Positions 7,342 through 14,410 of a stretch of DNA of 28,245 nucleotides are shown piece after piece. Below the pieces are notes generated by a model, which did no database searches, was not told the origin of the DNA, and worked only from the letters and a program-made list of their open reading frames with translations. The stretch comes from a virus. Each line of letters opens with the position of its first letter. Position 1 is the first letter of the stretch. The stretch lies in the UHGV virus genome UHGV-0133447. The stretch is one strand, 5' to 3'. The position numbers and the translations under genes were made by a program.

Positions 7342-7403
7342 GGTGAGCCAACGCTCAGGGATGGTAACCACAAGGCGACGTAATACCGTCCCTCTTGGCT
7401 CAC
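7342..7403 (-). promoter_or_regulatory. Long imperfect stem-loop in the 5' leader of the TerB gene
   Basis: GGTGAGCCAA (7342-7351) pairs with TTGGCTCACC (7394-7403). An inner AGGGATGG/CCGTCCCT pairing ends about 20 nt upstream of the TerB start. Confidence 0.35.
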
Positions 7404-7453
7404 CCTGAAAAGTTGTGGTTTTGATTTTTCCGCCGAGCGAGGCGGCTATGAGC

Positions 7454-7954
7454 TTAAATAGATGAAAAATCACCATGGTACTGCCTGGAAGCAGCTACAT
7501 ACGCCCTGTGCGCTTCTTCTTTAGTGTGGAAGCGACCAAGTCGAATTTTTTTCTTTGCAATACTTATTTGCGCAATCCATTTTTTTCTATTGCGGGGGGA
7601 ATCGTTGAAATAGACCCCTTTAAGTCCAGCTGCGTTATTGCTGTGTATCCGTCGATTGCGAGTGTTCTGGTTTTGTGTGCAGAGCCTGAGATTTGTAATA
7701 CGGTTATTCAACTTGTCGCCATCAATATGATCAACAACAAGGGTTGACGGAATTTCACCGTATTTCAAGACCCAAATTATTCGGTGCACACGTATATTCT
7801 TTCCATTGAAGAATACCCTTAAATACCCAGTATCAGTCTTGACGCCAAGAGTGTCGCCAGGACTTTTACTCCCAAAAGGTGACTTGCAATAAAGGATGCC
7901 CGTAGTTTCATCGTATGAAAAAAAGTTCCTAACCGTTTCAAGAGATAGATTCAT
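7454..7954 (-). CDS. HNH homing-type endonuclease with AP2-like DNA-binding domain
   Basis: 166 aa. VDHIDGDKLNNRITNLRLCTQNQN is an HNH_3 motif. The C-terminal GVYF...KWIAQISIAKKKIRLGRFHTKEEAHRAY is AP2-like. AGGAG RBS. Confidence 0.85.
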   Translation of the reverse strand: MNLSLETVRNFFSYDETTGILYCKSPFGSKSPGDTLGVKTDTGYLRVFFNGKNIRVHRIIWVLKYGEIPSTLVVDHIDGDKLNNRITNLRLCTQNQNTRNRRIHSNNAAGLKGVYFNDSPRNRKKWIAQISIAKKKIRLGRFHTKEEAHRAYVAASRQYHGDFSSI

Positions 7955-8010
7955 GCCTACTCCTGGTATGGGTCCTGTGCTTAAATAACGCCGAGCGTGG
8001 CGCAGATACG

Positions 8011-8033
8011 AAAAAGGCCCGCGAATGCGAGCC
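8011..8033 (-). terminator. Rho-independent terminator (minus strand) ending the MTase-tRNA-ncRNA segment
   Basis: Minus-strand reading is GGCTCGC-ATTC-GCGGGCC followed by TTTTTCG. Confidence 0.65.
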
Positions 8034-8505
8034 TGATGGATCCGCTTACTGATACGGAGCGACCAACCTAAGTTGTCGCAGATTCAAATTGTGGCCCTGC
8101 CTTTAAGTCACTTTGCGCGCAGCTGGGACATGTAGTTTTCGCATCGTGATCGGGATTCGCTTCAGACGCTGGCCCCGCAGCCATTTAAGTGCCGGTTACG
8201 TTTATCCGGCGGCTTTCGCCCGGTTAAGCCCTAAGGTAAGGGATTTGGTTGTGACACCAGGCCGTTACGCCTGCTTACTTCCTGCCGCTCTGTTTTGGTA
8301 TTGGCCGCCAGTAACTGCGACTCAGCCGATTTACAGGTCTTTGCGTCGGCCGGCGCTGCAGCCCACTTGAGCACATCACAACGGAAAGAGCGCTTAGTGC
8401 ATTTAAGCCAAACCCCATGTAGGAAGCACTCTTACCTGTTGTGCGCTCCGTTTCGTGGAGCAGACGCCGCCGGAATCGCACCGGCAGAATCATCACATTG
8501 GTATA
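8034..8505 (-). ncRNA. Untranslated structured RNA downstream of tRNA-Thr, containing a paralog of the early-left RNA module
   Basis: No credible ORF; the track ORFs overlap each other and the tRNA. Contains a T-arm/acceptor-like fragment (8456-8485), a roughly 20-bp imperfect stem (8425-8445 with 8374-8394), the sense 21-nt motif AGCGCTCTTTCCGTTGTGATG and a closed module at 8248-8382. Confidence 0.45.
8374..8394 (-). repeat. 21-nt boxA-like motif, late-operon copy (AGCGCTCTTTCCGTTGTGATG on the minus strand)
   Basis: 18 of 21 positions identical to the copy at 21904-21924 (plus strand). Both copies are in the sense orientation of their own operon. Confidence 0.6.
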
Positions 8506-8581
8506 TGGTGCTGGTTGACGGAATCGAACCGCCGACATCCTGCTTACAAGGCAGGCGCTCTACCAGCTGAGCTAAACCAGC
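8506..8581 (-). tRNA. tRNA-Thr (anticodon UGU), CCA encoded
   Basis: The reverse complement folds as a canonical cloverleaf: GCTGGTT/AACCAGC acceptor, GCTC-AGCTGGTA-GAGC D arm, CCTGC-CTTGTAA-GCAGG anticodon arm, GGCGG-TTCGATT-CCGTC T arm, and ACCA 3' end. Confidence 0.93.
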
Positions 8582-9621
8582 AAATTACGCATTTCACTGA
8601 CCGTCTGTTCAAATCTCTCGGTTTCCAGTTCGACACCTAGTCCCCTTCGCCCGAGAAGAGCAGCCTGCTTGAGCGTTGAGCCTGATCCAAAAAAGAAATC
8701 AGCTACAACATCACCCGGGCGGCTACTCGCTGTGATTATCTGCTCCAGCATATCCGCAGGCTTTTCACATGGGTGTTTACCTGGATAAAACTGAACAGGC
8801 TTATGAGTCCAGACGTCGGTATATGGCACCGTGACCGATACGCTGAATGGTCGCCGTAAACGGTAATATTCCTGCTGGAGTTCAGAATATTTTCGGCTTA
8901 ACGATTGCCAGGTGCCGACAAGCTGGTGGTGAGGTTTTCCCAGTTCGTTGCGTGAGTGCTTATCCATGGCGATTGTTTGAAACAAAGCCTGCAACTTTAA
9001 ATAATCGGCTTCGTTCGGTAGCTGCCACTGACTAAGGCCAAACCAGTGGGAAACCATATTTTTCTTACCTGTGGCTTCTGCAATCTGAGCCGACGTCACG
9101 CCAAGAGATTCCCGTGCATCACGGAAGTAAGAAATTAAAGGCGTCATGACGTGTTGCTTTAACTCATTACACTTTGCGGCATATCCATCGTCTTTGGGCC
9201 TGTATGGCCCCTGATAATGGTCGGCAAAAATGATACGCTCAGTGGCCGGGAAATAAGCGCGTAAGCTCTCCTTATTGCAGCCGTTCCATCGCCCTGATGG
9301 CTTAGCCCAGATGATATGGTTGAGCAGGTTAAACCGCTCTCTCACCAACAGCTCAATATCCGCTGCCAGGCGGTGCCCACAGAACAGATACATGCTGCCG
9401 GCAGGTTTTAACACTCGCCAGAACTGTGCCAGACAGCTATCCAGCCAACGTAAATAGTCTTCGTCCCCCTTCCATTGGTTATCCCAGCCGTTTGGCTTCA
9501 CCTTAAAATAAGGCGGATCGGTAACAATAAGATCAATGGAGTTATCGGGTAGCGATGGGAGGTATTGCAGGCAATCAGCATTGATTAACTCAATACTGGA
9601 TATTTTTACAGTATTTTTCAT
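8572..9621 (-). CDS. DNA methyltransferase, beta-class N6A/N4C (DPPY motif)
   Basis: 349 aa. Motif IV IVTDPPYF is near the N-terminus and motif I DFFFGSGST near the C-terminus, which is the beta-class order. The target base cannot be told from sequence by eye. Confidence 0.9.
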   Translation of the reverse strand: MKNTVKISSIELINADCLQYLPSLPDNSIDLIVTDPPYFKVKPNGWDNQWKGDEDYLRWLDSCLAQFWRVLKPAGSMYLFCGHRLAADIELLVRERFNLLNHIIWAKPSGRWNGCNKESLRAYFPATERIIFADHYQGPYRPKDDGYAAKCNELKQHVMTPLISYFRDARESLGVTSAQIAEATGKKNMVSHWFGLSQWQLPNEADYLKLQALFQTIAMDKHSRNELGKPHHQLVGTWQSLSRKYSELQQEYYRLRRPFSVSVTVPYTDVWTHKPVQFYPGKHPCEKPADMLEQIITASSRPGDVVADFFFGSGSTLKQAALLGRRGLGVELETERFEQTVSEMRNLLV

Positions 9622-9770
9622 AGATCAGTAAGCGTAACTCTGATAGGCTCACTTTGCTTTTGCGCTAAAGCAGTGGGCCGTGGTTAGCTTGTGACCTGAA
9701 AGCATGAGCTGATGGCTGGCCGGGTGCTACAACACCCACCAGCCGCCCATTTTCACAGCAAAAGCCCCCA

Positions 9771-9992
9771 TTACTGGAGGCGCTTATAACATCCGAACTG
9801 ATAATCAGATAACCCCGCCATTACCAGCTGCGTAAGTATGAGCTGGCAGCGTTCGCGGCTCAGGTGAGTATTCTGAGCAATCTCCCCAGCCGTAGCCGGT
9901 TTGTCACTTAACTCATCAAAAACAGCCTTGGCTGTTTCCGTCATATCTTGCTGATTTAGCATGTCTTTTATCTCAAATAAGTGGTGTGACAT
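9771..9992 (-). CDS. Small hypothetical protein with wHTH-like segment, first ORF after the late promoter
   Basis: The track ORF 9771..10022 starts at a TTG. The ATG at 9992 (MSHHLFEIKD...) is more plausible. No family recognised. Confidence 0.5.
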   Translation of the reverse strand: MSHHLFEIKDMLNQQDMTETAKAVFDELSDKPATAGEIAQNTHLSRERCQLILTQLVMAGLSDYQFGCYKRLQ

Positions 9993-10063
9993 ACAGATAA
10001 CTCTGGTGACGGTATCCAGCAAGAACTAATTGAAAGAGAAGAAGATTTTATCGATTTTATCCC

Positions 10064-10090
10064 ATAAAAAAACCCGCTCGCTGGCGGGTT
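10064..10090 (-). terminator. Rho-independent terminator (tR'-like) just downstream of the Q gene and late promoter
   Basis: Minus-strand reading is AACCCGC-CAGCGA-GCGGGTT followed by TTTTTTTAT. The position matches lambdoid PR'-tR' architecture. Confidence 0.75.
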
Positions 10091-10104
10091 AATCAACGTT
10101 GAAC

Positions 10105-10156
10105 ATACAAAGCCCATCGTTATAAATAAAATTACACAAAAGCGGCAACTTTGCAA
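10105..10156 (-). promoter_or_regulatory. Candidate late promoter PR' / Q-utilisation region
   Basis: Minus strand has TTGCAA (10156-10151), a 16-nt spacer and TAATTT (10134-10129). It lies between the Q stop and the terminator. Assigned by position and hexamer similarity only. Confidence 0.4.
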
Positions 10157-10172
10157 GTAACGTGTCGCTAAA

Positions 10173-11003
10173 TTATGCGATATTTATCAAATCAGGCACC
10201 TTTGTCACACGTTTAAGCTGTGAGTCGGTATAACTCTCTTCCTCAAAGCATCTTGTAACCAGACTTTCATAGAAAGGTTTCCAGCTATATCGCCAGGTAC
10301 GTTCTGGCAGACCAGGCAGCTCAGAGAGCATACCCCTGTATGCATTCGAAGACTTAGGACGACTATAACCGCGGCCTTCACAACGTTTACACACTTTGTA
10401 GACAGGCACTCCCTGCAGCTCTGACTCTTTACGGTCCAGGGTTTTTCCCGTACCGCCACACTGGCATCGCTTGCTGATTTTCCCGGTGCCGCCACATTTG
10501 AAGCAAAGAACATGGTCAACCTCTTCCACCTGACGTTTTACTTCAAAATCCGAAGGTGACTGCCTGAGGTCTTTTGCCCATTGCGGTAATCTCATTGTGT
10601 AGTGGCTTTTTTCCACCATTGAGGTTTTTTTTATGAAGCCTGAACCAGAACACTTCCTGCAATCTACGCTGTCAGCTGCAGACGAGGCATAGTCGTTATA
10701 AGCGAACCGAGCTATTATCAGCATACACAGCGGGAACTTCTTCCCTGCTGCTTTTCTTATCGATCGAGGCGCTTTTGATTTTGCATATTCAGCCAACCAA
10801 CTGACGGATGCCTTTCTGTCGTGTTCGCTGATTCCAGCTTTACCCAAAAACATTGACAGGCCTATTCCTGCCTCTGCCTGTGTCATCCCCAGAGCCGCCA
10901 TTACATCTGTCACAGTAAGTTGCTCGCTGGCGGTTGCAAGACCGCTATCGGAAATATGCATTCCTTTGGGCGCAAAAAATTTGGGAATTGATTCAATATT
11001 CAT
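10173..11003 (-). CDS. Antitermination protein Q-like (Qin/QuuQ-type, with DnaJ-like CxxCxGxG zinc-finger repeats)
   Basis: MNIESIPKFFAPKG... N-terminus. Contains CRKCSGSG, CFKCGGTG, CQCGGTG and CKRCEGRG repeats. The ATG at 11003 has GGAG 8 nt upstream, whereas the track start at 11021 is a GTG. Sits upstream of the PR'/tR'-like elements. Confidence 0.7.
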   Translation of the reverse strand: MNIESIPKFFAPKGMHISDSGLATASEQLTVTDVMAALGMTQAEAGIGLSMFLGKAGISEHDRKASVSWLAEYAKSKAPRSIRKAAGKKFPLCMLIIARFAYNDYASSAADSVDCRKCSGSGFIKKTSMVEKSHYTMRLPQWAKDLRQSPSDFEVKRQVEEVDHVLCFKCGGTGKISKRCQCGGTGKTLDRKESELQGVPVYKVCKRCEGRGYSRPKSSNAYRGMLSELPGLPERTWRYSWKPFYESLVTRCFEEESYTDSQLKRVTKVPDLINIA

Positions 11004-11021
11004 GCTCAGTACTCCATACAC

Positions 11022-12077
11022 TCAAGCTTTTACAATGACGCCGATACCCATTACCCGATCCAGAAAACGAGCCCACAGCTCTAACTGAGTGCCATATTTC
11101 TTTTCGAACTCTGATGTATTGGCGTGTAATTCATCGTGATGCACTCTGCACAGTGGTATCACGAAGAGATCATGGGCCTTGGTGCCAGTTCCCCCCAGAC
11201 CATTCCCTATTATATGGTGTGGATCGTCTGAAGGTTGCCTACAGCATTCACATGGCTGAGTTTTAACCCAACGTGTGTAAACTTCGCAGGTCCAGCGCCG
11301 GCGCTTTGGGCGGCGCATAAATGATTCGGGGCTGTTCGGATCGACACTAAGCCTCAGAATGGGTTTACTTTCAATCTGAGGTTGCTCAATGAGTACACTG
11401 GCGTCCGCCAGGTCTATGCCCTCGACAAGATCCTGAAGGATTTCACCTGCAGCTAATGACGGGACAATATCGCTATCCTTATAAACGGACAGGAAAGGTT
11501 CCTCAGGCAGTCTTAAGGCCTGTTGCGCCATCGTCTCGGTTATTGCGTCAGCAATGCCGGATTTCACGGCCCACCAGCAGAGCTCCGCCATCGATAATTC
11601 GCGCTCCTTATTGTATCCAAGGCTGATCAACACCCTTTCAATCACCCACTGAACCAGATTCTGATAAGCCAGCTCTGACAACATTTCGGTGGTCTGCTCA
11701 CGTAATTCATTATCACAATGCCAGCAGACAACCATGGCGCCAGGCGGATGCCGCATAGTCACTAATTCATGGTGGTGATAGTGGGAATGCGGGTACTGGC
11801 ACTCTCTGACATGTCGTAGAAGCCAGGCCTCAAGAGCGTTAATTCCACCAGCTGCGTTAATAACCCTCTCATCCCTCATGAAAAAACGCAGAATGTCCAT
11901 TTCTGCAAGCGGCTGACGTGCATCGGCGATCCGCCCAGTGGGCAGTGTTTTCATCTTCTCTGGCTGGCGCTCTATCAGGACACGACCGCCGGTAAAGAGA
12001 GACATCAATTCGCGGCCTGGTTTAAAAAGAACAACGCCCAGGCGCGGAACAATTTCCGGAGTTAGCAATGCCCGCAC
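11022..12077 (-). CDS. DUF968-domain protein (YdfU-like)
   Basis: 351 aa. The C-terminus CECCRQPSDDPHHIIGNGLGGTGTKAHDLFVIPLCRVHHDELH is as I recall for the prophage YdfU family. GTG start with an AGGGGG RBS. Confidence 0.75.
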   Translation of the reverse strand: MRALLTPEIVPRLGVVLFKPGRELMSLFTGGRVLIERQPEKMKTLPTGRIADARQPLAEMDILRFFMRDERVINAAGGINALEAWLLRHVRECQYPHSHYHHHELVTMRHPPGAMVVCWHCDNELREQTTEMLSELAYQNLVQWVIERVLISLGYNKERELSMAELCWWAVKSGIADAITETMAQQALRLPEEPFLSVYKDSDIVPSLAAGEILQDLVEGIDLADASVLIEQPQIESKPILRLSVDPNSPESFMRRPKRRRWTCEVYTRWVKTQPCECCRQPSDDPHHIIGNGLGGTGTKAHDLFVIPLCRVHHDELHANTSEFEKKYGTQLELWARFLDRVMGIGVIVKA

Positions 12078-12085
12078 AATACCCC

Positions 12086-12616
12086 CTAAACAGTCAGATC
12101 TTTAAGCTTCTGCACGGCTTTTCCAACTTCAGCCATAGCATCTACGAACTCGTCAAACTTCCTGCTGGCCATTCCATATGCCTGGAGAATCTCCAACTTC
12201 AAGGGATCGAGCTGTTTCTTAATTTCTGCACGATCCCCGGCTTTTTTCTCCGCTTCCTCTGCCGCTTTGATCAAGGCGTCGGCCTGTTTACGTAATGCTT
12301 CCGGAGTTACTTCGAGCTGTTTATTCATTTTGCATTCCATCGTCGGCTGAGGAGGTCTCATTACAGGCGCCACAGATTTGTGACCATATTTAGGGTGGTG
12401 CAAGGTAGTAGACCTTCCATCATCTATCACGCAGAGCAGCCCGCTTTCCCGGATAATATCAATCAGAGTCTCTTTGTCTTTTCGATTGAGCCCGCTATAT
12501 GCCGCCACTTTGTGCGTCAGGTGGGTTAGCGTTGCGCCTTCTGGTTGCTTCTCTACAAAACGCTTTACCCTGGAGAGAACTGGTTGCAGGTGTGGAGGTG
12601 TCATTCTCATGTTCAC
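12086..12616 (-). CDS. Hypothetical protein (N-terminal wHTH-like, C-terminal coiled-coil)
   Basis: 176-aa ORF in operon orientation. The start is either the GTG at 12616 or the ATG at 12610, which has an AAGGGG RBS. Confidence 0.65.
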   Translation of the reverse strand: MNMRMTPPHLQPVLSRVKRFVEKQPEGATLTHLTHKVAAYSGLNRKDKETLIDIIRESGLLCVIDDGRSTTLHHPKYGHKSVAPVMRPPQPTMECKMNKQLEVTPEALRKQADALIKAAEEAEKKAGDRAEIKKQLDPLKLEILQAYGMASRKFDEFVDAMAEVGKAVQKLKDLTV

Positions 12617-12619
12617 CCC

Positions 12620-13450
12620 TTACTGCGTGACAACGCCAATGAGCTTTAAAAGCTCAGGAAATTTCGATTCGAAGAAGTGCGGTTGCGTCTCACGTGGATT
12701 TGCCGGGCTGGTGATGTTTTTACCGTACAGACAACCTTTTGCCGTAACAGACCAGAATCTTTTCACGCCATTGATACCCGTTCGGCTGCGGCGCTCCTTC
12801 TGCTCGACTATGCCGTGACCAGCCATAAGGTGATAAGCCTGGTTCGCGGTCATTCTGATGTTGTTAGCTTTAAGCAAAGCGCTAAGAGACAGCGTTGGTC
12901 TGCTGGAACCATCCTGCGCGCCAGCTGGTGCATCAATGGCATATGAAGGCATTAAATCAGGCAGCCCTGCTACCTGCTGAAGCTTCTGATATGCCCCGAG
13001 CTTTGACGAATTAGAGAGATTGAGCATTTTGGATGCAGATTCCAGGAGGATTATGCCAGCCTGAATGCGATCGGTATTGACGGTTGCAGCCCCAGCAGTG
13101 TGGAGCGCGTCAAACGTTCTGATGACCTTCAGATTAAAAACAGCGCTGATCCACATCGCGTAGGCATACACCAACTCACGGCAAACATAGGTACCTTGCT
13201 CATTTCCGCCGCGGATGACACTTACAGGTTCTGAAATATCCGAGTTGCTATTTTGCAACTCGCCTATCAATTGCGCAGTTTGTTCGTTACGGAGCCAGAA
13301 TGCAGGCTTATGGCGGTCAAGGGAGCCGGAAGCACGATGGAGATCGTTTAGGCAATAACGACCAAGGACATCACGACGAACAGAAATACCATCAATAACA
13401 AAAAAAGTGTGATTATTGGATGCAGCAGCACCCATGACGTGGTTAGTCAT
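12620..13450 (-). CDS. KilA-N domain protein / antirepressor-like
   Basis: FFVIDGISVRRDVLGRYCLNDLHRASG...KPAFWLRNEQT matches the KilA-N pattern. The ATG at 13450 has GGAG 8 nt upstream. The alternative ATG is at 13462. Confidence 0.8.
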   Translation of the reverse strand: MTNHVMGAAASNNHTFFVIDGISVRRDVLGRYCLNDLHRASGSLDRHKPAFWLRNEQTAQLIGELQNSNSDISEPVSVIRGGNEQGTYVCRELVYAYAMWISAVFNLKVIRTFDALHTAGAATVNTDRIQAGIILLESASKMLNLSNSSKLGAYQKLQQVAGLPDLMPSYAIDAPAGAQDGSSRPTLSLSALLKANNIRMTANQAYHLMAGHGIVEQKERRSRTGINGVKRFWSVTAKGCLYGKNITSPANPRETQPHFFESKFPELLKLIGVVTQ

Positions 13451-13538
13451 AGCTTTCTCCATACATTTTTATGTGACGAAGGGCCTGCACGCCCGTTTCG
13501 TTTGCACCCTTTGAGATTACTGGCAAGTTGCATAGACT

Positions 13539-13937
13539 TCAACCTACCACTGAACAAACATCCAGCGTTTTTTTATACGCCGATATGGTGATTTCTACCC
13601 GCCCGCCTTTAACATTCTCACCCCACTCTATAGCCATGCGCTTTACCTGGTTGTCGTCCTCCCAGATACCGGCATAAGTCAAAGCATCAAGAAGTGCCTT
13701 GTTGTAATTGTCCAGGTCACGCCGGCGATAGTCTGGCGGATAGAGAATAATTTCTACAGCTGCTGGCGCGGTAGATGGTTTTGGTATTGCACGCAGTTGC
13801 TCAATGATCGCTGAACGTACTGCATGTTTGAATTTACGGCCGGCTGCGCTGACAAGGTGTTTACCTTTTGCGGGCCCCTTATTTGGGGACCGCCAGTAGG
13901 TGTTCACGCTGGGTGGGAATGGAAGAATAAATTTCAT
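13539..13937 (-). CDS. rusA: Holliday junction resolvase RusA
   Basis: 132 aa. MKFILPFPPSVNTYWR... and DLDNYNKALLDALTYAGIWEDDNQV are canonical RusA motifs. Confidence 0.92.
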   Translation of the reverse strand: MKFILPFPPSVNTYWRSPNKGPAKGKHLVSAAGRKFKHAVRSAIIEQLRAIPKPSTAPAAVEIILYPPDYRRRDLDNYNKALLDALTYAGIWEDDNQVKRMAIEWGENVKGGRVEITISAYKKTLDVCSVVG

Positions 13938-14410
13938 TCTGCCTCCAGCACTATTTTCAACTCAAACGGAACATCTCCTCCGCAATAGCAGAGCGGGCCA
14001 AGGTCAGACATGAGGCTCCACAGGGTCATTGACGTATAGCCATTTTCGTCTGTTATCGGGGGCGAAAAGTCTCCGAAGATCGCCGGGTGCTGGATTCGAT
14101 TCTCTTCGTGCTGGCTTCTCAAGTAACTTAGAGCTTCGGCAGTAAGTTTCACTTTTACGATGCTGTTGAGATTGACCGATATTTCTCTGGCCAACAGCGA
14201 AGAGGTGATACTGATACCGCGAGAAACCCCGCGGGTAATCTTGATGGCCCCTTTTCTCTCCAGCGCCTTGAGGTGCGTTGCTGCTGCATTGGGGGACCGG
14301 CACCCCAGCATGCCGGTCAGTTCGTAAGTTGTAGGCGGAAAACCATGTTTACGCTGATATTCGATCAGGAGGTCAAGGACCTCCTGCTGCCTTAAGGTCA
14401 AGGAAGTCAT
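13934..14410 (-). CDS. LexA-type DNA-binding-domain protein lacking the S24 peptidase domain
   Basis: MTSLTLRQQEVLDLLIEYQRKHGFPPTTYELTGMLGCRSPNAAATHLKALERKGAIKITRGVSRGI resembles the LexA N-terminal wHTH. The roughly 85-aa C-terminus is unrelated to S24. ATGA overlap with the C5-MTase stop. Confidence 0.7.
   Translation of the reverse strand: MTSLTLRQQEVLDLLIEYQRKHGFPPTTYELTGMLGCRSPNAAATHLKALERKGAIKITRGVSRGISITSSLLAREISVNLNSIVKVKLTAEALSYLRSQHEENRIQHPAIFGDFSPPITDENGYTSMTLWSLMSDLGPLCYCGGDVPFELKIVLEAE

Noticed and set aside
8113-8640. ORFs 8113-8370(+), 8275-8538(-), 8295-8570(+) and 8455-8640(+)
   Set aside because: They overlap one another, overlap the bona fide tRNA-Thr and lie on strongly paired sequence. 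Their translations are low-complexity and no RBS is visible.
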